A stretch of DNA of 64,000 nucleotides from Owenia fusiformis (Eukaryota): NCBI GenBank assembly GCA_903813345.2, contig CAIIXF020000001.1, positions 35,030,001-35,094,000 on the forward strand, read 5' to 3'. The position numbers were made by a program, and so were the translations under genes. Below, in pieces: positions 48,015 to 61,062 of this stretch (the stretch's first letter is position 1; each line of letters opens with the position of its first letter). The notes beneath the pieces are model-generated. The model was given only the letters and a program-made list of their open reading frames with translations, was not told the origin of the DNA and did no database searches.

Positions 48015-48743
48015 TGTAATGCGACATTAATATGGGGTATTGAGATGGTACTGAAAATATAGCTGAGCAAAAAGAACAAAGGACAGAGGGTATTTACAAG
48101 GATAACAATCGGATAAAATCAACACGGTTTACAACATCAAATATTTATTTACAACATATAACAATACATGCATACAGTAATATAAAACAAGCCACAGACA
48201 ATAAGAGATAAAATGGAAATGCTAATAACGAGATCCAACCCCGGAGCGCCAGAGGGCCATGCCACGCCCTAACTTCCGTTATCGTAATACATCTAACATA
48301 ATCAAGTATTTGATCTCAAACTACCAGAAGTGATAAAGTCAAAGGCGTACCTTGTTGTACTATACCTAATGTACTTCCGTATATCAAACCTAGTACCAAA
48401 ATCCAATACTCAACAGAGCATAGTCCAAAATCCAAACACAACAAGAAGCCACAAATCACATAGTCTTCATCGTATCATGCCCTCTGGTCAACTGACGAAC
48501 TCAACCTTGTACAACTCACATATAAAATTCAGCTGTACCAAAACTGGTTTAACCAATCAGAACTCTTATATTTCAAATATCGTCATACGACAAACTATAG
48601 TGTACTAGTTTTCAGCGACAGATATCAATCTAAATACTATACCTAGTTCTAATAACAGGTTTCCATAATGCTGTTCTATTTTCACGACGTTAGCATTGTT
48701 TGGAAGTTAAAAACATGAAAAGCCTTATCGAGCAACCGTTACA
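48015..48743 (-). repeat. 5' LTR
   Basis: Direct repeat of 38570-39298. Confidence 0.97.
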
Positions 48744-48925
48744 TTATTTTACTTCGACGTAGCAAAGTGATAGTGATAACGTAACAAATATCTAAGAATA
48801 AATAAACACGACGTAGCAATCGCAGCTCATGTAATTTTATTGTGTAACCAATGTAAAGTATACTAAATAACAAAATTTCCTGTATTTTTAAGGACCATTA
48901 GGCACATCTTATGAGCTCAAAGTTA

Positions 48926-50187
48926 CACGATGCCCATGTCAAGCAGCGTGCCTACTAGGCACGCAGTTTGAAACTCTGACAAACTGCGCGCATATTTCAA
49001 AATGGAAGACTGGGAGGACACGACTCCCAAAAAGAGCGAAAATACGAAAAATACAAGGTTAGTCTCGTTCTAAAGATAGTACACCATTCTGTGAAGATGA
49101 ACTTAATTTACTCATAGTACTCAATGTTGTTCCCGATGTAAACCTAGTTATCTCAATATAAGGGTCTTAAGTAACTTCTGTGTTCAAAAATTTACAGTGT
49201 AAAGTTATATCTATGTCTTTTTATCGTCATTTGCCGTTTATTCAGCCATTGTGTCTGTGTATGCTAGAATATATAAGATCACTCCATCTGATTAAAGCAG
49301 CATAGTTTGTGTTCAAAACGATAATACGTCATAAACGTGATTTAAACATTTTTCTTGTCAAACTGCGCGCCTATATTCACATGTATTTCCCAAACTGCGT
49401 GCCTAATATTTCCAAACTGCTTGCCTATCCAAGCTTGTTTTGTATTATTTGAAAACGTAAGCGCCATATGTAAGGCACATATGTGTCTAACAGTAGAACC
49501 CCATAATTGAAACACTATGAGAGTCCATCCACCAAGATGGTGATCTGAAAATATTTATTTTTTTCGTTCCCGATTTAATTGTCACTTCTATTATACATTT
49601 TGACTTTCAATATGAAAATCTCATAAAATCTGACGATAAAGCAAAGTTTCCAAAGCTATATGAAAAACACCTACACCTGCCTCTGTAGAAATTCCAATGA
49701 TAATATGTAGTTTTTACAGTGTATGCGCACAGTTTGTAATTTCTGGCTAAATTAGGCGCGCAGTTTGTGCTTTATTTCTTTTTAATCTCCTGATTATCTG
49801 TTTTATCTCGAAATATTTTGAATTATACATGATAAATGCGTAAGAAATTAAACATAAAACGAGTCTAAAGTATTTGTCATTTATGTTTAAAGTGCTAGAT
49901 CGATTTCCGTATAAATTTCCGTTAAATCAGTGACGAAAATGCCATCAATCTGCTTATGTTTTAAAACTTAGATTTATTTGCACATAGTTTTTGCTAGTAT
50001 TTGCAAGATTCGTATATTCGCCACAGAATGAACGCATTGAACAAGAAAACAATGCAGGATAAATGTCTTTAAATTACGTTTCAAAATACAGACTCCAACT
50101 TAATGATGCAATGTTGTTAGGCACGCAGTTTGTGATCGAAACAAACTGCGCGCCTAAGTAGGCGCGCAGCTTGACATGGGCACCGTG
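48926..50187. mobile_element. Non-autonomous DNA transposon with CAC...GTG termini (Chapaev/CACTA-like) and repeated subterminal motifs
   Basis: cacgatgcccatgtcaagcagcgtgcctact versus agtaggcgcgcagcttgacatgggcaccgtg; motif aaactgcgcgccta recurs in both orientations; no clear TSD. Confidence 0.75.
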
Positions 50188-50189
50188 TG

Positions 50190-51071
50190 TCTTATTTCAG
50201 TGTGACAGAGCCCAGTGCTGCAGATGGATTCTTGATGTCAAACACAACTGCAGTAACCTTGCAATATTGATTGAGACTGGCAGACTACCAATGTCATATC
50301 ATATTCATTTGAGTGCAATTAAATACTGGACGCACATAAGCATGCTGCCAAAGACTTCTCTAATGAGCAAATTACTTTCACACATGAAATACAAAAAATA
50401 CAGTCTGTGGTACAATTTTATTGCAAAGTCACTGCAAAGTATTGACATTGATATAAATGATGTTAAACTTCCTGATACATCCTCAAAAAATACATTCTTA
50501 AATCTGTTAAACAAAAACTTATCACTAAATGCAATGACCAGTGGAAGATGAAAATAAACACTGGTAGCAAACCAAGTAACAATAGTAAAATGAGAACCTA
50601 CGTAAAATTCAAAAATAATATACATCTTGAAGAATATCTCACTACTGAAACTAACTTTGAAAAAAAGGAAACTATTTACAAAGCTGAGACTCAGTGACCA
50701 TTCATTAGAGGTTGAAGCAGGAAGATACAAAATAGAAATGTAGAAGAACGCATATGTACAAAATGTTCAGATAATTGTGTTGACGATGAGCTGCACTTTG
50801 TTATGAGATGCAAAATCTACGAAAGTGAGCGCACTATATTATTAGATAAAATTCAAACGTCAAATAAGGACTTTTCTAACATGACTGAGGAAAACAAGTT
50901 CCTATACATTATGTCATTCAAATATGGAGGAAATCCTACATTTCATTGACATGTGCTTAAAGAAAAGTAAAAGTAAATGTAACTGTATAAATTTAGTTTG
51001 TATAATTGTAGTCTGGCCATGCCCTGATAACACAGTGGCCGTGCCTTAATAAATTCTAAATTCTAAATTCT
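50190..51071 (+). mobile_element. RTE-X-like LINE 3' fragment with (AAATTCT)n tail
   Basis: ETGRLP..AIKYW; LRLSDHSLEVEAGRY; C..C...DELHF...C; frameshifts present; tail aaattctaaattctaaattct. Confidence 0.8.
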
Positions 51072-51100
51072 ATAAAACAGAGATGAGTGACTCTCAACTA

Positions 51101-51345
51101 GGAGAGGTCACTGAACAGAATCGTTTGAATTTTTTCAGAAAATGTGCCCAATATATTGCTCTAAATGATACAATCTTTGAAAATTTGATATCATTTATAG
51201 AAAAAGAAAAAAAATTTTATTTTCCTTTTTATGACTGCCATTTTTGTTTAAGACAATTTTCTAAAATTTCAAAGATTGTATCAGTTAGAATTATATTGGG
51301 CACATTTTCTGAAAAATTCGAAAGATTCTGTTCAGTGACCTTCCC
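51101..51345. mobile_element. ~245-bp palindromic MITE
   Basis: ta|ggagaggtcactgaacagaatc ... gattctgttcagtgaccttccc|ta. Confidence 0.8.
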
Positions 51346-53109
51346 TAGCTCCTACTTTTAACTTTTTTTCAATCACACTTTCAAAGGGCTAAAAAGGTTA
51401 TTTCATCATGTTTAAGCCGCAGGGTCATTCTGACCATTGTGATCCTGGTCATGTAAATGATATGTGGAAATAGTTAAATTGACTGGCGGTCAAACCAGAA
51501 CTCTGTTATCTTTGTTCAAAAAAATTCTAAAAATGCAAAATTTTTTGTCACACCCTGTTTCTTCATTTCCTGTTAATAAGTCACGAAGATAATTCTTTAT
51601 TACACCTACAGGCCTTGTTGCCCCTTTAAAGGGTGACGCATATCGTTTAGCAAATTGAACGCTCGTTTCTGGTGTTGCTCACCGTTTAGTATAAAAGGCC
51701 CGATCCCGGAATAATACTCAAGGGTTCACAGGTTCGAGGTCGTTGTGTCAACACCTCTAACTGTTATATAGCATAAGTATATGATAGATCGTCACACATT
51801 TATAAAAGGGTGATTTTTATTTTGACAAATCAATTCCACATTTATGGGTGAAGTTTCAGGATCTTCTATTTGAGTATAATAAGGAAAAATTGCATCTAAA
51901 TTTCCCCATAACGTAATAGCACACAGCTTGGCATATGAAATATCCTACAAATGAAACAAAGCCAGACAAACCGGTTTCTAATACAAGGATTTATATTGGC
52001 TGTTGTACATGTATTCTTTGAACGCAATCACTCTTTGGATAACGTTTTCAAAATCATTATAAACGGATTACTTTTTCTCAAAGACAATTTCAATAAACTG
52101 GATTTTACAGAACTCCCCTTATTTCTTAAAAATGGACTGATCCACTTGATTCGTCTGGAGCCGCCATATTGTTTTTATACGGGATGCTAATCGGAACCCT
52201 TTAAAATGATAAAGATTTTGAAGACTAGGAATGATCGTAGCAAAAATGACATCGCGGGCCAAGAAATGACACCCCTTTAATTGCGTTCTAAATTCCATTT
52301 TATCTAGAATGGGCCCAGAATTTCTTTGGGCCCAAATATTTTGTAATGTCACCTTTGTGGGCCTTTTAGGGAATTACTTGGCCTTTTTGGGCCTTATTTT
52401 TCAAAGTTTAGGCTACATATTTTATCACTTCATCAACATCGATCATCACTATTTATTCTTAGACCAACACCAAGGAGAATTCCCGGGGGAGAATCCTCCT
52501 TGTTATTCTTCTGACGAAATATATCAGGAGAAGTCCCGGGAGGAGATTGCAGTAGGCTAAGCTTATAGGCCCTGCTTATCAGCATAGACTGAATATGACT
52601 TTTTACGACACTCGGACACTAGTCCACTTTATGATAATCAAATTTTCAAAGTGAAAGAAACACCTGCTTCAAAGTCTATTTTGTTCACGTTCATAGTCAG
52701 TTATATATTATTGACGAGTGATTACTTGTATTTCGTGTGACCTTCAAAGATTGGGACGGATAAATGGACTATACACTGAACATAAATACGGTAATATTAT
52801 GATTAATAGCAACTTCCGGTCAAAAATTATGTGATTATAAATTTAGCTTTTGTCACGGACGTCAAGTACATGTAAGTTTCTGGCGAAAGCCGGAGCATAG
52901 ATTATTTAAGAGGACTGGAAACAAGAATGACCTACCTTTTTATTTCCCGAATCTCGCCTGAAATTAGCTCATCTTGGTGACTGTAACCTGTATATCTATA
53001 TAATAGAATCTTTTTGTATCGCATCTGCCCACGGTGCATCTGCCTCAATTTTAAAGTTCTATTGGTATTTTTAATATGATTTCACTGTTTTTGTGGACCT
53101 AAAGCACAC

Positions 53110-54248
53110 AAGTACAGAAGACAGAAAGTAGTCATTAACGGCACAGAATCGGAATGGAGAAACGTCACCTCAGGAATACCACAGGGAACTGTGCTAGGAC
53201 CGGTCCTCTTCCTTATGTTTGTGAATGACATTTCAGAGTATATAACTAATACTGTCAATCTATTTGCCGATGACACCAAGCTTTTTAAAGAAGTGAATAC
53301 AACAGAAGACTGTGAGGATCTACAGAGGGACCTTGCAACCTTGGCTCAGTGGTCAGAGGATTGGCAATTAGGTTTTAACTTGGAGAAGTGCCACGTCCTG
53401 AGAATCGGAAATAACCAGCCAGATTATAAATACAAACTAGGGACACAGGAGATCAAGCAATGCAAAAGTGAGATTGACCTGGGTGTAGAAGTCACAGAGA
53501 ATCTAAAAATGGGGTCACACATAAAAACAATCGCAAAGAAAGCCAACAGTATCCTTGGTATAATAAGAAAAACTTTTGAATATTTAACCCCAGACACTAT
53601 GACTCACCTATATAAAGCACTAGTCAGACCAAGACTTGAATATGCAGCGACAATTTGGTCCCCATACCAGATAGATGACATTGAAACTTTAGAGAGGGTG
53701 CAGAAAAGAGCCACAAAGATAATACCTGGATTCAACAACATGGAATATCCAGATAGATTGAAGAAATTGAAAATGACAACCCTGGCCTTTAGGAGAAAAC
53801 GAGGTGACATGATCGAGACATTTAAGCTTATGAAGGGACTCTACAACATACCAGTAGAGGGGTTATTCACCAGAGCAGGTGATCAAGGAAGACTAAGGGG
53901 TCATAGTATGAAACTAGCTAAGCATCACTCTAGGACAGTTAAAAGGAGCAAGTTTTTTACACAGAGAGTTATAAACCCTTGGAACAGCCTCCCGCAAAGT
54001 GTCATTGACTCTGAGAACTTACAGCAGTTCAAGATCAACCTAGACAATCATTGGAAAGATCACCCAACCAGATATGATTATAAGAATCAGGATGACTTCT
54101 AGTGATGAACACAACACCAATATCCATGAAAGGCCAGTAAGGTAACCCCCCCCCCTGTAACCAAGCACCCCCTTAAGGCGCACTACCCCCAGTTTTGAAT
54201 GGCAACAGGCAAAATGCCTTCGCTTAAATAAGTCATAAAGTCATAAAG
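53110..54248 (+). mobile_element. CR1-clade LINE, 5'-truncated, with intact RT C-terminal ORF (53191-54102) and (TAAAGTCA)-type tail
   Basis: SGIPQGTVLGP, LFADDTKL, FNLEKC, LYKALVRPRLEYA..WSPY, LERVQKRAT, RRKRGDMI, LRGH, FFTQRVINPWN; tail taagtcataaagtcataaag. Confidence 0.92.
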
Positions 54249-54380
54249 GTACGATTAAGCCAAGCAAATGGCAGCTGACCTGTTCAAAGTACTTTTAGTA
54301 CTAACATGGGCCATGGGCTTTCAACTAGAATGCATGGGCTTTCAATTATTTTGGAAACAATATTATACTAAATAGATTAC

Positions 54381-55594
54381 TAGAATCTGAACACAAATTC
54401 TCGGTATAAGTTCATATGGTGTTCTATGTCATCCATCCTGCTAGGTTACATTGTGGAACTCAGCCAAACACGACAATGAAGGCAACAACATGTTGATGTT
54501 GATCTTAGCAGAATTTTTGGAAATTTAGATAGATCTAGTCCATTTATACGTTTTATTGGCAAAGTACTGTGTTTTGAAAATGCTTACCTAAAAATCATCC
54601 ATTCTTCGAGGAGAAAAGTTAGAGACCAATAAAGTAACGTTTTTAAGGCAAAGTATCGTGTTTTAAGAATGCCTTCATAAAAAAATCATACATTCCGGCT
54701 TTTGTGGGGAAAAGTTAAAGTCCAATAAAGTAACGTTTTATTGGCAAAGTACTGTGTTTTGAAAATGCTTAATACAAAATCATCCATTCTTCGAGGAGAA
54801 AAGTTAAAGTCCAATAAAGTAACGTTTTTAAGGCAAAGTAACGTGTTTTAAGAATGCCTACATAAAGGCCTACAAAAATCATCCATTCTTCGTAGAGTAT
54901 GGTTAAGTATCATACATAAATGCCTACATAAAACATCATCTATAGTCATGTTTGACTTTCCATAATAACAAAACGAAAAAAACGGTACTTTTAAAATGTC
55001 AATATTTTCTGTCCCTATATCTTGACACTGTTGTCCATTTAGCAAGCTCACGTGACTGACATGCATGTCTACAAGGAAAACGGAAGTAAATATTTTGGAA
55101 AATGTTTTCCGAGCATTTGCTACTGATTATAGAAGGCCCAACGAACGAAACTGCTAAATTGTATTTCGTGCCTAACAGGCCCAGTACGCAATGAAAGAAA
55201 CTGCTAAATTTTTTTTAGTCTGATTATTGATCTATTGATTCATAAAGACCTGAAATGATGCATTCAAATAAGACCGCCTCCTAAATGAAAACACTACACA
55301 TAAAGTGGTGAAAAACAACGAACTAAAGTTGAAAGATCGCAACTTTCGCTACTTTGTTCAATTCCGGAAGTCTCCAAGGGGCTGCAGAAGAAGAAGAAAT
55401 GGGAAATTTTTACGATTTAGATTTTATAACCTCAGAATACTGCCTTCATTGTCGTGTTTGGCTGCGTTCCACAATGTAACCAGTAGCAGGATGGATGACA
55501 TAGAACAAACTGCTAAGTAGACACACAGTAACATTTCACTATTTCGCTATTTTCACCATATGAACTTATACCGAGAATTTGTGTTCAGATTCTA
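54381..55594. mobile_element. MITE with ~105-bp TIRs and an internal ~90-bp tandem array (about 54549-54900)
   Basis: tagaatctgaacacaaattctcggtataagttcatatggtg ... caccatatgaacttataccgagaatttgtgttcagattcta; four units acgtttt(ta)(t/a)ggcaaagta..gtgtttt..aaaatcatccattcttcg. Confidence 0.82.
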
Positions 55595-57754
55595 AGCATC
55601 TAAGGTAAGTAAAACTAGATGAACAACTGAGTCAATAGTGATAAATAGGCCAACACGAATTGGCAGAATTGAAATAGACTGCCATCTTGTTTCCAGTCCG
55701 CTTAAATAATCTATGCTCCAGCTTTCGCCAGAAATGTACTTGACGTCCGTGGCTTTTGTAATGATTGTAAGTCTTGTCGTCACTGTTTTGGTTTGGACTC
55801 TATACAACGTGTGTCTCGCCTCTTTTAAATGTTAACCAATCTGATAGTACAGCATTTGATCGCCCTATAGGCCGCTAGAAAATCGTGATGGCTGAAACCA
55901 TAGGCCAAGGGAAAAGTACTGATTGAGCTCAATTGTATTGTTCCCTTGACCTACAGTGCTGATACAAATTAATTGATAAGTCGTATAGTTAGCATTTTTT
56001 CTTGAATTTTAACATTTAATGTCCCAAACACAAACAAACTGCAGAAAAGTATATACCGTAAATCATATTTACCAAAATGAGTGTCTCCAAGGCTTCATAC
56101 CAGCTTATGCAAAATGCATTTGTCACAAGTTTGAGCTGAAATTTCACTAAAATGAAGTGAGGGTAATCTCCGCCAGCTTTGTTCATTGTGGTCAGCTTTT
56201 AATGGTAAGTGCTCAGAAGCAAATAATTCTTCTTTATCCAATTTACGTGTTAGTGTACTTAACACGATGGCACTTTAATGCTCCCTTTGGTCACTAGATA
56301 CATTGGTTTCACTGTGTACTATAACATCACTTGTACTTTTCACTAATACTTGTTTTGATTGACTTTTTGAGAGTGCGCATTTTTGACATTAGTTATTGTT
56401 ATCTGAAAGAGTAATAATTCATGTGCGCAAAATAATCTGATTGGTTTAAACTTTAATGTGCATGTGCACGATGTGTGCCATGTTTTTTTAAGTGCTTTCG
56501 TTTGGTATCATGGAATTTGTGTTTCAGTGTAACTTCCGCAAAAATGGCGGACCAATTTTTGTCAGAATTAACAGGTAAAATCACTTCAAAATTGACTAAT
56601 GGCGGAAAGTTCATTTTATTTTAGCATTGACAACTTTTATCAGAAGATTGTTCTATAGTTTCATCAGGGTGCCATTGATGAAGTTGACACTTTTTCATGC
56701 ATTTTTTGTGCATCTACAAGCACTGTGCCGTGTAATTTATTATTTCTTTTTTACATGTATATTGATAGAAAATGTATAATGTATTTGTTGAGAAATTATA
56801 TGCTTGTATGAGGTACATGTATCAAAAAAAGTGAGGGAATTTTGTGCTGTGGCAACTGCTTCTGACTCACAATAAACTAGTTGCAAATAATGATTTGTCC
56901 ATGTGTTTGCATAACAACTTTTCCATGTGACTTTCCATGTGGGTTGGGTCGAAAAAGAAAAGATTGCATATAGAAAAAGAATGAAAAATAAAAGCTGATT
57001 TGACATGACTCTACATTATTCACTGATTTCAAGATTTGCAAAACCATACTTTTTCTCACAGTAGACTAAAAATTTATAAAATCTGCACTCTATGTTGTTT
57101 CAATAATGAAATTTTGGATTTCTCAAAGAGTTATTAAAACATGTTCAGTTTATTGCTCCATAAAATGATATGATAATATAATACTTGATCAATATCCATC
57201 CTGGAAATACTTAAAGCCATAAAATGATGGTAACAGATATATATGAAATCCTGATAACTACCAGGAATGATTTTATTTGCATTTTATAGTTTCATTATTG
57301 AAGTAATAAGTTCTTAGTATCACAAATGATAGGAATGTGAGCTCATTTAATGTAGCTTTAATATTACAGTTTTTTATTTTGTATGTATATTAAGGTACCG
57401 TGTTAGATCAAGTCGTCAAAAAAGTTGTTTGAAATTTTGAAAAGCTTCAATTTTTTTTTATTTGTGTCATTTTTATGTCACCACCACAAGGGTGACATAC
57501 TGTTATTGTCTACAACTTATTTTGGACAGAGTTCAATTTGGCGGGTGGTGGTCTGCCTCTGTAATAAATGGCAGGTGGTGATATTTTGCATGTTAATGCC
57601 TTGTTAGATATTCTATAAGCTTTGCTGGGAGGTCTTGGCATTGCCATTGCAGTATCAATTTAAACTTATAATTCATTGTTTGAATCAACTGTTCACCATT
57701 TCCAGATGCAGATTTAAAACAACTGTTGTCAACATTGCAGCCAGAAGTTCTATT

Positions 57755-57791
57755 ATGGCAGTTGATTATGAAGGTTACCTGAAAAATGTTG
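57755..57791 (+). CDS. SLC22-family organic cation transporter, coding exon 1
   Basis: MAVDYEGYLKNV-G|gtgagt; phase-1 join to exon 2 yields the family motif L..VG.FG. Confidence 0.75.
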
Positions 57792-58049
57792 GTGAGTTAT
57801 GTGATTTGCTATAAGTTCTAATGGTTTGTTACAAATCCTCTTCCTCTGAGCGTAAGGCTTCAAAATTCATAATATCTTTGTTATCCTAAGAAGGAGGTAT
57901 GGATCCTGGATACCTGCTGAGGGGGGTCCTAATCATATACATGTACTATAATGATGAAAGATTTTAATTTATACTTCGGACTTGGCTGTGAGACAACAGG
58001 AAAAGTTTTGGGCTGTTGTGGAAACATTTCCACTTTTAAATGTACACTC

Positions 58050-58830
58050 AATTTCTATTTATTCATTTTTCCAAAATGCTTCATAAAGAAGCAATTGAAA
58101 TCATGATACATACACGATGATAAATCAACGTGTGTATTGTACGATTTTATTCATAATAAACTAATGCTCTTATGGCAACAACTATCTCTGCCACTTTCAA
58201 GCATCTTTAAAAGGGTAGCTGTATTACGCATAATCAATGCATCCAATGAGAACCTTAATAGCTTGTCACCAATAGGAAATAACATCCACATAGCAGAAGC
58301 ATATGACCTTGATAGCTATTATATAGAATGATGACTCATGGATTTGAATTACCTAAAGTAAAATGGAAAAATATTGTTAAAACAAAGTGCACCAAATTGA
58401 AATACGAAAATGGCAAATGGACATACTATCAAAAAAACTTTATATGTTTAGGATTGAATCCCCAATATTTAAACCCATTATATGGTGGCATATTGCAAAA
58501 TCAGACCCAACAGTCTTAAAGTGTTGCAGAACCATAATTAAATTGGTTATTGGAGAGGGAAATATTATGGTAAATGTAAACAAATGGACAAATGGTAGGA
58601 CTTCTAATAAATGTAAAGTATGTAACCTAGAACCTGAAACTCTGAGTCACATGATCCTAAGATGCCCTGGCCATAATGAGGATTGGGCTGCAATCCTAAG
58701 AATTCTTAAATCTGTTGTTAATACATCACAGGATGCCCCCAATGATATCCTTGTGGGCTGGATATTTGGAGCCTGTGATTTATTCACTGGTGTTGAAAGG
58801 GGGAGGGTGTAGGGGGCCCCCTAAATGAAA
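58050..58830 (+). pseudogene. Decayed LINE 3' fragment (zinc-knuckle region) in SLC22 intron 1
   Basis: PKVKWKNIVK..; CKVCNLEPETLSHMILRC (CX2CX7HX4C); frameshifted. Confidence 0.55.
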
Positions 58831-58898
58831 AAAAATTAAAAAAATCATATTGTGTTTTATATTATATTGCATTGTACTGTGTTCTCTATCCCTTTCAG

Positions 58899-59200
58899 GA
58901 CACTTCGGTTGGACACAGTTAAGAATATGGTTCCTTGTAAGTCTTGCAGAGATCCCTGCATCATGGGCTATTATGATAATGGTGTTTATTGCTGCCAAAC
59001 CAAACTGGACTTGTATGGATAATATCAACCCTGACTCTGACTCAGATCTGACATACAGTGCTGCTAACACAAGTTCAGCCTTAATATTATCATCATCATC
59101 AGCACAAAATGTTTCATTTGGGAAAATATCTTCCTGTTCTACTGCTAAGCAGTGTATGAATCTCACCTATGAAAGTGACAAATCATCCATTGTGACTGAG
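58899..59200 (+). CDS. SLC22-family transporter, coding exon 2
   Basis: cag|GA CAC TTC GGT: HFGWTQ..TM1..extracellular loop with Cys and N-glycosylation sites..SIVTE|gtaagt. Confidence 0.9.
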
Positions 59201-60337
59201 GTAAGTAATATTATTTACTTTGAATGACATATTCAATTTTCCTGGATTTTCCCGTGATAATTTTTCTAAAATAGGTTGATTTACTCATCTAAGAATCGCA
59301 ATTCTAAGGTTAAACTGCAGTCCGTATCCGTAATGATCTTCTTGATGTATGTTGATGAAGTTACATAAATCCAATTGGAAAATTGGAAATATTCAACAAA
59401 TAAAGTAAAGTGAATTTTATCCCAGTTTTTAGTAAACTGCTTAAGTGTATCTCAGGGGGGATTATTCCCCAGAGTTCAAAGATGACGTACGCTTATATAA
59501 TGTAAACCTGTATTGAGACCTCTGATTGGTCCAAATCGATAAACCAAAAAGGCGGATTCAAAATTTTCTAATAACGCTTCGGATAATATTCTGTTAATAC
59601 CTGGCGTGTTAACCAATATCATAGCTTGTTATTTCACATCAGGACAAAGAATGTTGTAAGGAATATGCTTAAATCGATTAAAACATCACTACAACGCATT
59701 ATATTCGAAAACTAACTGGTGAGAATTTGGGCAAACGAAGGTGGTACGCAAGAAACGTAACATGTCAGTCATCGCTAAAGCTCTGGTGCTTTCTAGCCTG
59801 CCAAATCCTGCAACTGCCATCTATTTATATATCTACATGTATATAAAAAGTTTTATTTTCTATTTGAAATCAATTCAGTTCCATTTTTTCTGAAGATATC
59901 GATACTGCTATATTAGCAAGATTATGAAATTTTGGCATCATGCAGTATCCAGGAAGAGGGGGAGAAACCTCAGGGTTCAAAGATGACATATGCTTATAAT
60001 ATAAATCTGTATTGAGATGACATTGTCGCTGATTGGTTTAGCGAGTCGATCGTTGATTGGTTTAAAACTAGGTCAATTTGAAAACTTTGAAAACCAAGAT
60101 GCAGGGAAGTATAAATATACGTACTTATGGGAAAGGAGGTGCGCGAAGGAGGAAATCGTATTTCATCAATTGAATCATGGGGTTTTCCCTCCTCTTGTAT
60201 CCAGGCTTCTGCATCGGAAATAGCAAATTTTTGTTAAAACATAGGCTTAGAGGGCAAATAATAAACTTAAGTCGTGCACTGCTATCATTCTTTGAATGTT
60301 TTTAAGGTCATGTCCTTTATATCTTTTATTCCTTCAG

Positions 60338-60569
60338 TGGGACCTGATATGTGAGAAGAACTACGTTGGAGCCTTGATCACAACTATCCAGATGGGTGGT
60401 ATGTTAGTAGGGGCCTGCATAGTTGGGCAGCTAGCTGATGTATGGGGCCGCAAGAAGACTTTTTACACTGTATATACACTGATGATTCTATTGGGATTCT
60501 GCAGTGCTTTTGCTAATACATGGCAGTTATTTGCAGTTATCCGATTCTTCATAGGGGCTTGTCTAGCAG
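60338..60569 (+). CDS. SLC22-family transporter, coding exon 3
   Basis: WDLIC..GQLADVWGRKK (MFS motif A)..RFFIG; AG/GT boundaries with consistent phase. Confidence 0.93.
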
Positions 60570-60875
60570 GTCAGACACAACCCTTAATTGCCTCCAGAGT
60601 ATTGGGAAATATTAAAGTTCTAAAAAGGATGATTATTGTAATAGATCTGATAAGTAATCGATCTACATTTGGTGCAGTATTTTTCATCTGCCTGAATACC
60701 TCGGGCCAATTATGTATTTGTACTACCTCTGATGAATTATTAGATTATTACTGATGGTATTCTTTAATATCATGTTCTTTTGTATACGTGTATATGTACA
60801 GTGTAGCATGATGATAATCTATGTTTTGTTTTTTATCGTAACCTTTGCGATCAGTTTGTTTACTTTTACTTCTAG

Positions 60876-61062
60876 GGCTACTTGTTGTGAACTTTGTCTT
60901 ACCCATGGAGTTTGTTGGCCCACGCTGGAGGGTGTTGTTTGCCATGCAGTTCTGGTGTGTGGGCATCATGCTTCTACCCCTCCCTGCATACTTTATCTCT
61001 AATTGGAGACATCTTTGTATGGCTACCTCCCTCCCAGGTCTTCTGCTTCTTGCTACATGGTG
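60876..61062 (+). CDS. SLC22-family transporter, coding exon 4
   Basis: EFVGPRWR..AYFISNWRHL; phase consistent. Confidence 0.92.

Larger units (their letters stand above)
38570..48743 (-). mobile_element. Full-length, recently inserted Ty3/Gypsy LTR retrotransposon with chromodomain integrase
   Basis: Two 729-bp TG...CA LTRs, 4-bp TSD TTAT (38566-38569 and 48744-48747), PBS, PPT and an intact 1689-aa ORF. Confidence 0.97.

Noticed and set aside
51671..51756. tRNA-like segment (ggtgttg...ggttcgag...caacacc)
   Set aside because: A terminal stem and B-box-like motif are present, but I could not fold a convincing cloverleaf; at most a decayed SINE head.
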